From the human T2T-CHM13v2.0 reference genome, Homo sapiens: 64,000 nt of DNA. The stretch is from the NCBI RefSeq assembly GCF_009914755.1, contig NC_060938.1, one strand, 5' to 3'. The notes under the pieces were generated by a model that was not told the origin of the DNA, made no database searches, and was given only the letters and a program-made list of their open reading frames with translations. Positions 32,465-47,513 of the stretch are shown one piece after another. The stretch's first letter is position 1. Each line of letters begins with the position of its first letter. Made by a program: the position numbers and the translations under genes.

Positions 32465-35400
32465 CTACAAATTAAAAATTAATTAACTTAATGAAGTTCA
32501 ATATGTGATCCTTCTACCATCCAATAAGCTGTAACAATGAATTTTGTCTTAAGTCTCATGCTTTTGAATTATTATTTTGGTAAAAGCCTGAAAGAGTATA
32601 AAATTAAATGAACTTGGGCAACAAAGAAGATATAGAATATTAAAGAAAATTAACCTTAATATCTGAACAAACCACACGAGTTGTATAAACAATTTTTTTT
32701 TGCTTACCTCTTTAATATGGTAGTTTCTAAATTATAATAGGTTATAGGCAAGCCTATAACCTTTCTTGCATAAAAAGCTGTCACCTTGCGGACAATGAGA
32801 TTATCTTCAAATACAGTTGCTTTTCTAGAGCTATGCTAAATGAAGCTTTGTAACGCAAATTTTCTAAATTTAATTTAAACCCAAAGCTGTTTTGAATAAA
32901 CTTCAGCCAAAACATTCTAAAATAGAAACCATGTGACAGTTTGTGGGAGTTTGTGAGTTTGTATCTGAAATATTACAAAACTCAGCAAATATGGCTTATA
33001 ATTTGAGCTTTCGCATTCCCTTCAGCATGAGAATTCAAAGATAAACTTATAGTGGAGATAAGGTTTGCCAAAATTAAAATAGCATTTTAGAAATATCCAT
33101 ATGGCATTAGTAGGGTTTGGCAAAATACTACAAAATTTTATTTTTAAAATGCTATTTTAATTCTTGAGACATATTTAAACTGAGCTGACAAGGTTCACTG
33201 ATTTCAAATTTAATTACCAAGTAATTTCTAATCAATTCAATGATTAAAGAAATAGTCAAAGATTTACTTAATCCCTACTATGGTTTAAGCCCTGTGCTAA
33301 ACACAACAGATAAAGGTAAATAAAACAATTACATCCTTGAAAGAGATATAGTCAAACAATTAAATTGTAGTTTGTAAGTGCTATAATATGCAAAAATACT
33401 ATAAGGAACAAGGAAATATTTCTTTGTGCTTCAAATTAGGAAGGAGAAGGAAGGGGAAGAAAACGGAGATTATCGCAGAGCTTAAAAAACAAAAAGGGAG
33501 AGAATTCCCCCTCCAATAAGATAGGACAAATGAGCATTTCAAACAAAAGCTAAGATGCAATGAAAGCATATAACTTGTTGAGGAGATTCCTGAATAGTCA
33601 CATACTGCTGAAAGGAAAGTGTTGAGTGCAGGAGGTCCTAGTTAAGGCTGGACTCCATAACACAGCCTCTGAAACAACAGAATAATGTTGGAAAATTATT
33701 TTATCAGGGATCATTTGCTTGCAGATAACGGAAAACAAAAACAGTGAAACTTATTTGAAGTTTATAAGAGAATCTCACAGAATATAAGGAAAATTCAAAT
33801 AATTGGATCAGAGAAAAGTCAGAGAATAAATGTAGACACCCAAACAGCAAGCGTTCAGGGAACTTCGTTTGCCATATTAACACTTTTCAGCTCTCAATTC
33901 AATCTGGGAAGACACCTTTCTGTTTTACTTATAAGTGGGCAAAACATTCCTGTGAGCAAAACAGCTACCATGTTGTATAATCCAGTTTTTCCATGTCCAA
34001 TTCTAAGTTCCTGGGAGAGAGGATCTCTCATCTCTCTCACTTGCTCAAGTAAGCCAGTGGACTGGCGGGCCCTAGGTCAGGTGTCCACCTCTGATTTAAT
34101 GGATTGTGACATGTATGGGGCATGGGTAATACCCTTCTTGGCCCACAGATTCTTTAGGAAGGGAATATAGGGAAGTAGCAGAAAGTACTGGAGTCTATGG
34201 CATGCTATCTCTTTTACTACCTATCATAAATGCTTTTCTTAACAAATAATTTCAAACACACTCAGATCCAATATGATATAGCAATTAATATACTAGCCTT
34301 AACTGTTGTTATAAAGCCAGAAACTAGAATAGTGTCTACATCACATAGGAAGCATTCAATAAATATTTGCTGAATGAAAGAATTAACAAGTGAAAGAAAG
34401 AATGTATTCACCTCACTCCTATTAGGAGATAACCCAAATAGCCAACTACTTTATCCAAAAGTGATATCACAGCACCACTGTATTCAGAATCCATAGTCTT
34501 TCCCTGTCACCTCAGGTCCAGGGATGACTCATCACCATCTTGTTAACCATGAAGAAATGATATTCCAAACTTCCCCAATACATCATATATTCAAAAGCAA
34601 ACGAAAAACAGGATAAGAAGATAACTGTGCATTTTTAAATTCCCATTTAAAAAATGGGAAAAGCAAAAAAATCTTACAGAAAAATACCATGCCTTAGTCT
34701 TAGATCAGATATATACATATTCTGTGTGTGTGTGTGTATATACATATATATACAGTATATATACACATATATATTATATATATAACTTACTGAACAGGAT
34801 GTGTAAGGTAAATAATAGGACCTATACCTTGCCAATAAATAACCACCTCTTTATGTTTTAATATCACTATTATTTGCAATTATTCATTAACTAAAAAATA
34901 TAGAGGCTGGTAAGATGAGAGAATACAAACAACTAACCCTCAGAGAAACTGTGGGGCTAGCATGCAATCACTGTGGTATGGAGAATAACAAGGCTTCACC
35001 CATTCCAGGATGGGAAATCAGCAGTACAGACAAACAGTGAGCATGCATCCATTTTATTTAACTCATTAATGACAAAATCAGCAGAATGAGACAGGTCAAT
35101 AAGGAGAGACTAATGGAAAAAGGAATGCTGGTCAATGTCATACAGAGCAATAAAAACATAACTTCTCTTTGTAGAAACTTTCTTCTCTGCCTACTCTCCT
35201 TCCCTCAAAAGTCATTTCACCTTATCAGTTTGCTATGCCCTAGCCTCTAAATGTAGAGCTGTAAAACATCTGGGCTTTAAACTTTTGTGTGTGGCATATC
35301 ATATAGCTGCTGTTTCCTGAGAGGTCAGCAGGAGAGCTCATTAAAAACTCTTGGATGGCATTAAAAGGTCATACAATCACCATTGTGCCCTGTTTTGGAT

Positions 35401-35951
35401 TAATTTTCCTGAAGAGCATTTTGAAGTCAAACAAAAAAGAAAGAAAACTTTAACCCTAGGTTGCCCAGCCAAAAAGTGTGGAAAGTAGGCTTCTACCTAA
35501 AATTGTAAACTAGACAAGAAAAATCAACATTCAAACATTCTGTTCAAAAACTGTACCTAAATACATTTAAGATTATTATGACAAAGTAACTTAAAAGAGT
35601 CTCACAAAGAACTTCTGAAGCCTCATTTTGAAAGCTGTTATTTTACCCCCTATCTGATCACCGCAGGAGAACCATTCCTAAGATATCCCGCTTGGCCACT
35701 CACATCTTGTGGCTTATCCACACTGCCTTCGTTACCTTAGTCTAACATCACTTCTGTATATTTTAAGACTGTAATACAGCAGACTATAGTAATAAAGGGG
35801 ATTTCAGGTTTCATTTATATATTCACATCTGCTATGGTTCCTTTATCTAAGCCCATGCTGTGGGAGCATAATGGAAATGCTAAGTAATGCGAAATAAGTG
35901 AAGAAGAAAAAAAAAACCTTTAAATTGTTGACATATGCTTTTTATACATAC

Positions 35952-36042
35952 CCAATACTTTCCAAAAGGGCAATTTCTGTGGTTAAGACAAATTGGTATG
36001 TAGTCCCATACACAAAAGCGGCTTCCATGACTGCTCTGTGCT
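35952..36042 (-). CDS. TXNDC16: TXNDC16 coding exon (~exon 8), [29 protein letters not shown](G), 91 nt, phase 1-2
   Basis: cttcAG|AGCACAGA...ATTGG|GTATGT; in frame. Confidence 0.96.
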
Positions 36043-36280
36043 CTGAAGAAGAGATAAAGGGAGTTGGAAGACAGGAAAAAATAGTTTGTGTGACTCTATG
36101 TAAACTTCTATTCTGAATATTATCCTACACTCCTTTATGTTCTACTATATTTAAAGAAAAATCCTTCACAGGGATACTAGTTGGGAAAATGCAGGCAGTT
36201 AAAAGAAGTTATAAAAAGTCTATTCTATTCAAGGTAAGAGAAGAATTCAGAGGGAGTAGAAAATGAGTTTTTACTTGAGA

Positions 36281-36629
36281 ATATAATATACAACAAACTT
36301 GTGGTAGTTTCTTTCTAGTAGTAGGGAAAAGAATATGAATCCACCATACAACTTTCATGTTAGGTTTTATTTGTGTATGTGTCTGTGTATATTATTTCTG
36401 GGTTAGTTTTTTTAATCAAACTTACACTGAAAGAAAACAATAATTTTACAAGGCATATAATATACAACAAACTTGTGGTAGATTCTTTCCAGTAGTAGGG
36501 AAGAGAATATGAATCCACCATACAACTTTCATGTTAGGTTTTGTGTATGTGTCTGTGTATGTTATTTCTGGGTTAGTTTTTTTTAATCAAACTTACACTG
36601 AAAGAAAACAATAATTTTACAAGGCATAT
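36281..36629 (+). repeat. Tandem duplication of ~174 bp (36281-36454 and 36455-36625)
   Basis: Both copies run atataatatacaacaaacttgtggtag...ttttacaaggc; 4 substitutions and 2 indels; ATAT microhomology. Confidence 0.95.
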
Positions 36630-36738
36630 TAATAGCCACTCCCCCACCCTCTACTGCATTTCCAATTCCCAAGGGACAAGCACTTTCAACTCATTTCTTC
36701 TTCTCTTATTTCTTTTATCTCAACTCTTTATTTCATAC

Positions 36739-36745
<7 letters not shown>

Positions 36746-36783
<38 letters not shown>
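36746..36783. repeat. (TG)n microsatellite
   Basis: Uninterrupted TG run of ~19 units. Confidence 0.95.
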
Positions 36784-36784
<1 letters not shown>

Positions 36785-37799
36785 CATATATAACTTAATA
36801 TATATAATAAGAGTTTTAGTATTATCTGTTGACTTCCTACTGTGGAAGATGACAAATCATCTCTTTCCTGAAACTCAGCTCCACAAATGTAAACATATCC
36901 CATCCCAACTCTCCCAATATAGTTCTAACTTTTATTAGATCAGTATTACTTTGTTGACTCAGTAAATACTATTTGCAGAGAAGCCATATGGTACAGAATG
37001 GCCACTTTCCCTTTTTGAGAAACTTCTTCACTATAGTTTTAACTATCTTTTTAAAAATTTTGTTTTTCTTTTCTAATTTCTTCCTAAACTCTTCCACAAT
37101 TTTCTAACTCTCTCAATACTTCAAATATATCAAGTATACTATCAAATCAATCTTCTTGTAAACATTTCTGCAGAGCCTTCTGATTTGCTCCAATATGAAC
37201 TCTTGCTACCTAGCCTGCTGCACAACTGCCATCCTGAGGATTCTCTTACTCCCTCTCTTGTGTTGGGTCCTTTTTGCCTGTTATCCAATATCGTCTTCTT
37301 TATTGCTTCCTTGTGCCCATTATCTAACACCTTCCTGTGAGAGGACATATGAATAGACAACTTTTGCAGTCCTGCACATCTGAAAGCATCTTAATTTTAT
37401 TTTCAAAATTAACTATAGTTGGCTGGGTACAGAATTCTAGGTTCTAGTCATTTCCCATTTCCCCTGAGAATTCCGAAAACACTGCTCCATTTCCTTCCAT
37501 TTCTAGTACAGCAATTTAAGAAGTTCGATGCTATTCTCATTCTCAATCCTTGAACTGCAAACTCTTCTTTCCTCTCTGGAAGATTTTAGAGTAGTCTTTT
37601 TATCTAATATTCTAAAATTTCAAAATAGGACGTCTTAGTGTGGCTCTGTGGTATTCCACTATGCTGGGACTCAATGGGTCCTTTCCATCTGGCAGCTCAA
37701 ATCCTTCAGTTCTGGTAAATTTTCTTGAAGTATTTCTTTGATGATTCCTCCTTTTCAGGTTTTATTTTCCCTTTTCTCCTCACTGTCATTTCCAGACAA

Positions 37800-39750
37800 T
37801 TATCTTCCCATCCCCTACATACTCTCCTAGCACTTGAACTGCATATCATCAGATCATTCCACTCACCACCCTACCTTGGAGTCACCCAAAACACCCCAGC
37901 CAGGATCACTTCCCGTCATTCCATGAAGAATTTAGCTTCTGTCACACTGTCACTCTCTCTAGTACTACTCCTGTCATAATCCTTGGGAATTTTATTATTA
38001 TCCAGGTAGATCATCCTTTCAAAATCCCAGCCTCTCAGGCCTTGGCCTTCTTTATTCCAGTCATCCTTCTTCAATCATATCTTAACCACTAACTCTACAC
38101 CTTGCAATCACCAATTAACGCAATCCCCTCCATAATTTCCCTCCTCCCCCACACAAACACACATCTCCAGCTCACTCTGTATAGCACACAACTCTAACCC
38201 ATCAAGACCTACAATCCATAGGTCCTCCCCCTCTGGTCTTCTCTTTCCCTCTAATTAAGCTTAAATTCCCTGGTCAATCTTTATAATAATTTCCCTGCCC
38301 CGTTTTTTAGGCTAAAAAATGTAATCCAGGTTAACTCAGTGCTCAGCCTGTTCAATACTTACAGCTGCAAAAGGAAACATAGCTGGGGAGAGGGGGAGGG
38401 AAGCCAAAACAAGCTAGCATCACCAAGCTAATGGTGTCACTTTAAATTGCTGATATTAACTATTATTGCTGCCTAACAACCATTCTTTATTTCCAGGCCT
38501 CCGAAATAGCTCTCTCAACTCTTCCCTCAAATTAGCTGATGATTTTGTGTCTATTTCACTGAGAACAAACAACCAATTAAAAAACAAACCAAAAAACGTT
38601 TATAAACTCTTAGCACCATATCTACCCACCCACTTGGCTGAATGGATGTCCGCATTTTCTCATCCCTCTGGTTACCAGAGATGAACCTTCTGTGCTCCCA
38701 CCCAAGAACAACCCCTGCCCTTGTTCGCTACATTCCATCCTCTCTTGCCTACTCGAAAACTTTGCTCCACCAACTCCCCCCTTTTTCCTGTGTGAGGCAT
38801 TTCCCCTTTCCTACCACATCTTTCTCGTTAACATACAAATATGCTTTTCAAAAAATTATTCTCCTAACTCCATATATTCTTCCAGCCAGTGCCCCGTTTT
38901 TCTCCTTCCCAATAGCAAAACTTTTCTAACAAGTCTCCGTGTTCGGCCTTCAATTGCTCTCTACCTCTTCTGTCTTATATCCCTCCTATCAGGCATTAAA
39001 CCCCTACCACTCTACAGAAACTGTGCTTGTCAAGGTCACCAGTAACTTCTATACTGCTAGGTAGGCATAATGGCCACTTGGCACTTCTGACGTTAAATCA
39101 ACCTTTCAGCATCATTTAACACAATTGTTCCTGCTCTCTTCCTTAAAACTCTATCTTTACCTTGCTTACTGGGCACTTCTACCACATTCATTCTGTCTCC
39201 TTTACTGGTTCATCCTTACCTTACTGATCCATAAATGTTGAAGTATCTAATAGGTTCAGTCTTCTCTTTTCCATCTAGACTCACTCAGTGATCTCTTCTG
39301 GTCTCACAACTTTATTTCTCAAATTTACTTCCCTAGTCCATACTCCCAACATGAAATGCAGTCTAGTAATACCCAACTACCATACTCATATCTCTATTTG
39401 AATGTCTTTTGGGAATTTCATAAGTATGATGTCAAAAAGTGAATTCCAAGAGCTTCCTCTCCAAATTATCTATTCCCAGTCTTCTGAACCTCAGTTGCTA
39501 GCAAATTCAACTTTCAAGTAGCTCAGGCTGAAACCCCAGAACCAACCTTGTCTCCACTATTTCTCAATCTATATCCAATAGATCAGCAAACTCAGTTAGC
39601 TTTACTTCCCAAACACTGCTAAAATTCAAATTTATTGCCACCTCCACTGCCATCACCCTGGTCCAAGCCACCCAGCATCATCTCTTGCTTGACTTATTGC
39701 AATAACTTCCTATTTTTCTCCCTTACTCTATCTTTGCTCCTTCCAATCTA
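37800..39750 (+). mobile_element. Long L2 fragment
   Basis: C/T-rich L2 motifs (tcaaggtcaccagtaac..., ccaccctg-like gtccaagccacc, gacttattgcaataacttcct); limits approximate. Confidence 0.65.
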
Positions 39751-40243
39751 AGTTAGTCAACATTATTTACTGAATACTGGAAACTACTATACCAGGTAAA
39801 GGAGGGCTATAAGGAAATTAAAAAAAAATAGCTAACACTTTCAGAGTACCTACTACACTCTAGGAACCATTTAATTATTCATTTAATTATTTAATTAAAA
39901 TAATTTATTTTAATTATTCATTAAAGTTCATTTGATTCTCACAATTACACTAACAGGTAGGCACAATTTATTTTCCCCATCTTAATCACTAGGAAACTGA
40001 AGTTAAGTAACTTGTCCAAGGGCTCACTACAAATAATCAGTATGGCAGAAAGTCTAACCTAGAGAGTTCTTATTCAACCACTGTATTACGCTGCCCATTT
40101 AAAGAAAAATAGCTTAATAGTAAAGATGCTTTAGATTTATTTTAAATATTACGACTGTAGTCAAAAAAATACACTATTTTAAGTACTTCAACATACATAA
40201 GTACAGAGGCACAGCAAAGATTAAAGCAAAAGTTAAAGAATAC

Positions 40244-40365
40244 CTGGTATTCCAATGGCTCTTACATATGAGAATATAATATTTGCTTTTCCTTTCAGAG
40301 CATTTTCTATGTTCTGAAGGTCTTCCAGGTTGGTAATATATTTCACTTCACTAAAAAGAAGAGCA
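40244..40365 (-). CDS. TXNDC16: TXNDC16 coding exon (~exon 7), [40 protein letters not shown](E), 122 nt, phase 2-1
   Basis: tttcAG|TGCTCTT...ATACCAG|GTATTC; 1+120+1 nt matches neighbouring phases. Confidence 0.96.
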
Positions 40366-40659
40366 CTGAAATAAATACAGATATAATTAGTAGAAAAATC
40401 TGATATGTATTTAGTTACACCACACTTCTGTTAAAGAACCTAACCAAAAGAGAAATATATCTCCATTGAATAAATTATCAGTAGTAATAATGTAAGCATT
40501 TTAATAATACTAAATTAGAATCACTCTCCAGATCATTAATCTGTCTCTGAGAACATCAACCAGGGACAGTTGTGAGACAATGTTCATTATGTATTACAAC
40601 GGTCTCAACAGATTAAAACTGTATTCACTAACACCCTAGTCTGGCCAAATATTCCCACA

Positions 40660-41160
40660 CAGATCTCTCAGCCTTGAACACATTTAAGCCCTTCACAAAC
40701 CTAAACAGCAGGCTTCTTTGCATGGCCTATAAGGTCTGACAAGACCTAGACCTTGTCTACCTCTCCAACCTCATTTTGCTCTACCATTCCTCATGTTTAC
40801 AACATTCTAGGCAAACCTCAGAGCCTCTGCACACAGTTTTCTTTGCTGGAAGCTATTCCTTTTGCTCCATTTCATAAGTATGATCTCAGATTAAACATCG
40901 TTGCCTCAGAGAAGTCTTCTCTGTTGGTCCTGTGTAAGTAAGCCTGTAGCATTTTCCTCTCATTTCAGTAGTTGATTCCTTTATAGTACTTATTACAACT
41001 TATAATTATTTATATATTTATTTACTTATCTCCACCTTTCTCATTAAACCCTCATGCCCTTGAGGCAAGGATTTTGCATATTTTATCACTATATCTGTAA
41101 AAACTTATAATACAGCCTAGTACACTATATTCAATAAACATTTATTGAATGAATGAAAGA
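40660..41160 (+). mobile_element. L2 3' end
   Basis: Ends ...tcaataaacatttattgaatgaatgaa. Confidence 0.7.
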
Positions 41161-41413
41161 AAAAGTAGGGCAGGAATTTTACTCCCATTCTTTATTTGAA
41201 GAAATGGAAGTTCAAAACACTGAAGAGTTTACTCAAAAACGCATTTATTGAATCAAGAAGCCAGGGACAGAATACAGAACAGGTGTTCTCAGTCCTAGTC
41301 CAGTAATCTTTCCACTTGACCATAATTCTTCCGAATCATCCTTTCAGTGTATAAATCAGACTGATCATATTTATTCATCCAAAATTATCCCTTTTTTAAA
41401 GTTGTCTACTTCT

Positions 41414-41809
<396 letters not shown>

Positions 41810-41939
41810 TCAAAAAATTTTGAAAACTTTTCAAAATTTTCATGTTGCAGGTCCACATACTTAAATAAACAAAGGTTCACTCAAATACTTCAAATAAATT
41901 AGTCAAACATCATTTCCTCCTATAAAGTTTTTCCTAATA

Positions 41940-42705
41940 CAGCAGTTCTCAAACTTTTTGGTCTCAGGAAACTTTTATATCCTTTAAATTTATTGAGGTC
42001 CTCAAGGAGCTTTTATGTAAGTTATATTCATCAATAGTTGCCAAAATAGGAATTAAAATAGGAATTTTAAAATATTTATTAACTCTTTTAAAAATAAACA
42101 TCATTACATGTTAACATAAATACTTTTTATTTAAAAAAAAACTATAATTTATAAAACCAAAGGAAAACTTAGTGAGAAGAATGGTGTTTTACTTTTTTTT
42201 TTGAGACGAAGTCTTGCTCTGTCGCCCGGGCTAGAGAGCAGTGGCACGATTTCAGCTCACTGCAACCTCCCCACCCTGGGTTCAAGTGATTCTTCTGCGT
42301 CAGCCTCCCGAGTGGCTGGGACTACAGGCGTGCACCCCCACGCCTGGCTATTTTTTTTTTTTTTTTTGTATTTTTAGTAGAGATGGAGTTTCACCATATT
42401 GGCCAGGCTGGTCTCAAACTCCTGACCTCATGATCCGCCCACCTCGGCCTCCCAAAGTGCTGGGATTACAGGCGTGAGTCACTGCGCCTGGCCTTGTTTT
42501 ACATTTTTGCAAATATCTTTAATTCGGACTAAATAGAAGACAGCTGGATTTTCATTTCTGCTCCTGTATCTAATCTGTTGTGACATCACACATCATGTAG
42601 CCTCTAGAACCCCAATTCATGAGGGAATGAAAGTGAAAAAGCCAAATAATGCCTTAGTATTACTATAAAAATATTTCCACTCAGTGGGCACCCTGAAAGC
42701 ACTGT
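41940..42705. mobile_element. hAT-Charlie (Charlie2-like) DNA transposon with nested AluS
   Basis: cagcagttctcaaactttttggtctcagga...tttattgaggtcctcaaggagctttt. Confidence 0.7.
42193..42493 (-). mobile_element. AluS (Sg-like)
   Basis: Antisense dimer; flanking tgttttac repeat. Confidence 0.9.
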
Positions 42706-45570
42706 CCTAAATTATGCTGGCTTAAATATTTACCCATTCATTACAGATTTCTTCCACTTTTTAAAAGAAATGTAAAACTTGATCTTCTATCATTCCCAGG
42801 GCTCTTGTTTTGTTTTTATAAGAAATACTTACTGAGCAGTATTCACTATGTGCTAGGTATTTTCAGGTTTTCATTTAACCTCTCAACAATACTTCTGGAA
42901 CAGTATTACACACATATTCACACACAGGCAACAATCTGACAGACTAAGTAACCTGCTCCAAATCATACTTCTAGTTGCTGGCAGAGCTTCTGACACCAAG
43001 GCCAGGATTTTCTAAATTATATTACTGACCACTTATAAAAATGGGAAACCAGGTGGAAAGGTGGCAACTAAAGAATGGCAATGGAGTCTCAGTGGCAAGC
43101 TGAGCTATTGGCTGCCTATACATTTTGGCTAACAAGTCCAGAATCACTCTTCAGTTACTTCAAAACAGTTGGGAGGTACAATCTAGTTAACTTAATTGGA
43201 CTACCATGTAAATTCTAGGCTTGGAAATTACATTCACCTAGTCATGACTTTTATTGTTTTATTATCTCCAACGTGTTTGCTTCAAAAATTAAGTCTGAGT
43301 ATACAACCCTCCCCAACCATTGTTTGCAATAAAGACTGGCAAATATTTATTAGGTACTTACCACATGCCAGGCATAGTACTAAGCACTTTATAAATAGTG
43401 GCAATTTATCAATTTGGGGGCTGCCCACTCCCTTTTGCTTTGTCCAGTTTTCTAAGTCTTCAAGGTAGGCAGAGCCCAAGTGAAAGCTGATATTATCAAC
43501 CTTGCTTTCCCAGGCTCCTTGCTACAAGGCATGACTATCTGACAAAGAATCACTTGCCTGAGATTCTGAAGCAGGGGCAGGCAATACCAAGAACAAGGAA
43601 CAGTAAAGAATTATTTCAAGAAGCAGCGGCAGTAACAGCTGGCTTCAAAGGTAGCAATGACAATTGTTAGTCACAGCCCCAATGCAGGTAGTGCAAGCTG
43701 TAGTATCCAATGCTCAGCAATAATGCAGCTGTCCTCCTCAGACCCACTCTGTGTCATAATTTTCACTGTATGCAGAGCTGTCTAACCTTTGAGTCCAGTT
43801 CTCTAGCCCTTCTATCAAGGCTGAGATTTCCTATATCCACTCCAAATCCTTTTCTGCTTAAGCCAGTCAGACCCAGATTCTAGGGCTTATAACTAAAAAC
43901 CCTCAGCAATGCACTCTGTCTTGTTTAATTTTCATGGCAACCATCTGAAAGCAGAACTATCATTAACCCCATTTTAAAGATAAGTTCATGGGGCTTAAAG
44001 AGGTTACCCTGCCTAATGTCCCAAAGCTCATTAAGTAGTCATTATCCATGACATAATAATAACCAAAACTAATGACATTCATAATGTAATGATCCCTATG
44101 ATTTTTCCCAATGGCTTCCTCACTTTAATATATTCCTTAATATATTCATTTTCAGAATATGAGGATCCATTCCACAGCCTGTGCTCCCTTACTCCAGTTC
44201 CAAAGAGGAGAAATACTGACAAAAATGGGTTAAAGGAAAAGTCTCTCTTGGGATTTTCTTGCTCTGTTGATGGGGTAAAACAGCCTGGGGCTGCTCTAAC
44301 TAGGTTCTTCCTGTCCCAGAAAGGCCTTCATTTTCTTTGGCATGCTTTTCCTGAGATTTTCCTGCAGTAACTATTAGTTGGATAAGATATTTGGTCAAGA
44401 ATTGAGTGGGTGTCAGAAAGAAAAACAACAAAGGGTCTACCTGACCCTACTTTTAGAGCAGCAAGCAACTCAATCTTTTCTGAGATACAGACAATTTTTG
44501 TATTACATTTCTGTCATCATTCAAATTCTTAGAACACAACAAAAAGGAAAATGTAAATGTTTTACCATACCAAAACCCCCAGGAAAAAAAAGACAGAGAG
44601 AAATAAATTACTTTTATCTAAATTAATTACTGTGTATTATGACTGGGCAGATTCACATATAAAAAGAAATATCCCAAAGTCTTTTAATAAGTATTTCTAA
44701 ATTAACATAGATTAAAAACAAACCAAACAGGTAGAAGCCACCTCTTGAGAGTACAATAATAAAGTTCACAAATATCATTCTTAGTCTTTTGTCATAAATT
44801 ATATATTCTCCTAATAGCTTGCTTCTTATAAAATTCTTACTACTAGAAATAATTTTATGACCTTAAAATTTAAGAGTATTTCTGATCTTCCCATTTTTAA
44901 CAACCAAAAAGTAAAACTTCCAAATTCATCATCCACAAATCCAAAATTTAAGCACCTAATATATGTCATGTACCACATATGTACTATAGAAGCACTTTGT
45001 ATAAAAATTTGCAGTTTGGAGATAAAACCATTAATACCAATTAACAGAGCTGTGAGGAATTCAAATCCAAGAAAAGCAATTTTTTCTTATAATTTCCCAG
45101 TAAAAAGTATGTCATTATCGAACAGGAACCCACCTGACAATATTGTGTAGGAACAAATCTGATACAGATAAAAGAATGAGCAATCGCTCAATGCCTATTC
45201 AGGAGAGAACAGCATGGGCACAGTTCAGGAGTTTTAGAGGAGGACAGCTGTAAAAGTAACTTTCCCCCGAGGTTCTACAGTAACAATGCCTAAACACTCA
45301 ATCCTTACGCTCTGCAATAATGTGTTAAAGAATAAAATATTAGTGGAAACTATGACAGTTAAAAATAATTCTTCTAATACTTGAAGTTCATGTTATGAGT
45401 AGTATGTTAACATAAAGGGAAAGGAATTTCTATTTTCTGACAAAATACAGTATTGTCACAAGAAGTAGTACCATATCTTAATAAAGAGTTAATGAGATTT
45501 CACTGTTTCTTACTGGATTATCTTTTCTTTTTGCATCATTTGATGATTTTTTTCTTTTGCATCATTTGAT

Positions 45571-45866
45571 TTTTTATTTTTATTTTTTTGAGGGTCTTGC
45601 TCTGTCACACAGGCTGAACGGCAAAATCATAGCTCACTGCAGCCTCGAGCTTCTGGGCTAAAGCCATTATCCTGTCTCAGCCTCAGTCTGAGTAACTAGG
45701 ACAACAGGCACACATCACCATGCCTGGCTAAATTCTAAAAACGTTTTGTAGAGACTGGGGTCTCATTGTATTGCCCAGGCTGGTCTTGAACTCCTGGCCT
45801 CAAGTGATCCTCTTTCCTTAGCCTCCCAAAGTGCTGGGATTACAGTGTGCGCCACCTCACCTGGCC
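45571..45866 (-). mobile_element. AluJ
   Basis: Diverged antisense dimer. Confidence 0.85.
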
Positions 45867-45911
45867 TGAGGATTCTTAGGAATCAACAATGAGTACAGGT
45901 AAAGAAGAATG

Positions 45912-46262
<351 letters not shown>

Positions 46263-46482
46263 TCACATTTGTTTTTTCTTCTTAACTGATAAATAAAACT
46301 TCCTGCATTTATATATATATAAAATAAATAACATTTTAGAGCACTGGGCAAAATCCGTAACACATTATTTTCACGTGTTATTTTGATCATCGCAATAATC
46401 TCATGAGGCTGCAAGTATAACACATAAGAATGAGGAAAATAAATATAAATTGCTCATATTCTCAATCAATAAAAATTAGTTG

Positions 46483-46827
<345 letters not shown>

Positions 46828-46847
46828 TTACTTTCCTTTTCTAAATA

Positions 46848-47162
46848 CAATCATCTCTCAGTATCCTCAGGGGATTGATATCCAGGATTGATTCTTGGAT
46901 ACCAAAACCCATGGATGCTCAAGTCCCATATAAAATGGCAGAGAATCTGCTATAACCTACACACATCTTCCTGTATACTTTAAATCATCTCTAAATCACT
47001 TACTTATCATACCTAATACAATGTAAATGCTATGTAGTTATATTATATTTAAAATTTTTTTTACTGTTGTATTGTTATATTTGATTGCCTTTTTCAAATA
47101 TTTTTGATCCGCTTATGGTTGAATCCACAGATGCAGAACCTGTGAATATGGAGGGCCAACTG
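46848..47162. mobile_element. MER2
   Basis: TA|caatcatctctcagtatcc...gagggccaactg|TA. Confidence 0.85.
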
Positions 47163-47513
47163 TATTACCATTCTTAACCCCATCTAGAAGCTGGGAAGTA
47201 AAATTTTCCTCACATAGTAAATGAACCACTCAATTTTACCACTTTTCACTTTGTATATTTAGAAGGCAGAGTTAAGAATTTTTAGACTATAAATCCAAAT
47301 TCTCATTTTTAATTTAAATGTCATTTATTTCACAAAGTGGTAATACTTTTACAGGGTTCAAAACACAAAAGGTACCAAAAAAGTTAGAGTCTACTTCATC
47401 CTCCACCCCCAGCTTCCCCATATCATTCCTATCAACCAATATGTTCAGTTTTTGTGAAACCTTGTAATATATATGCCACATACATGTATACTACATGCAT
47501 TTACATGTGCCCC

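Noticed and set aside
45529-45570. ttttgcatcatttgat repeated twice
   Set aside because: Short slippage-type duplication next to an Alu tail; no evident function.
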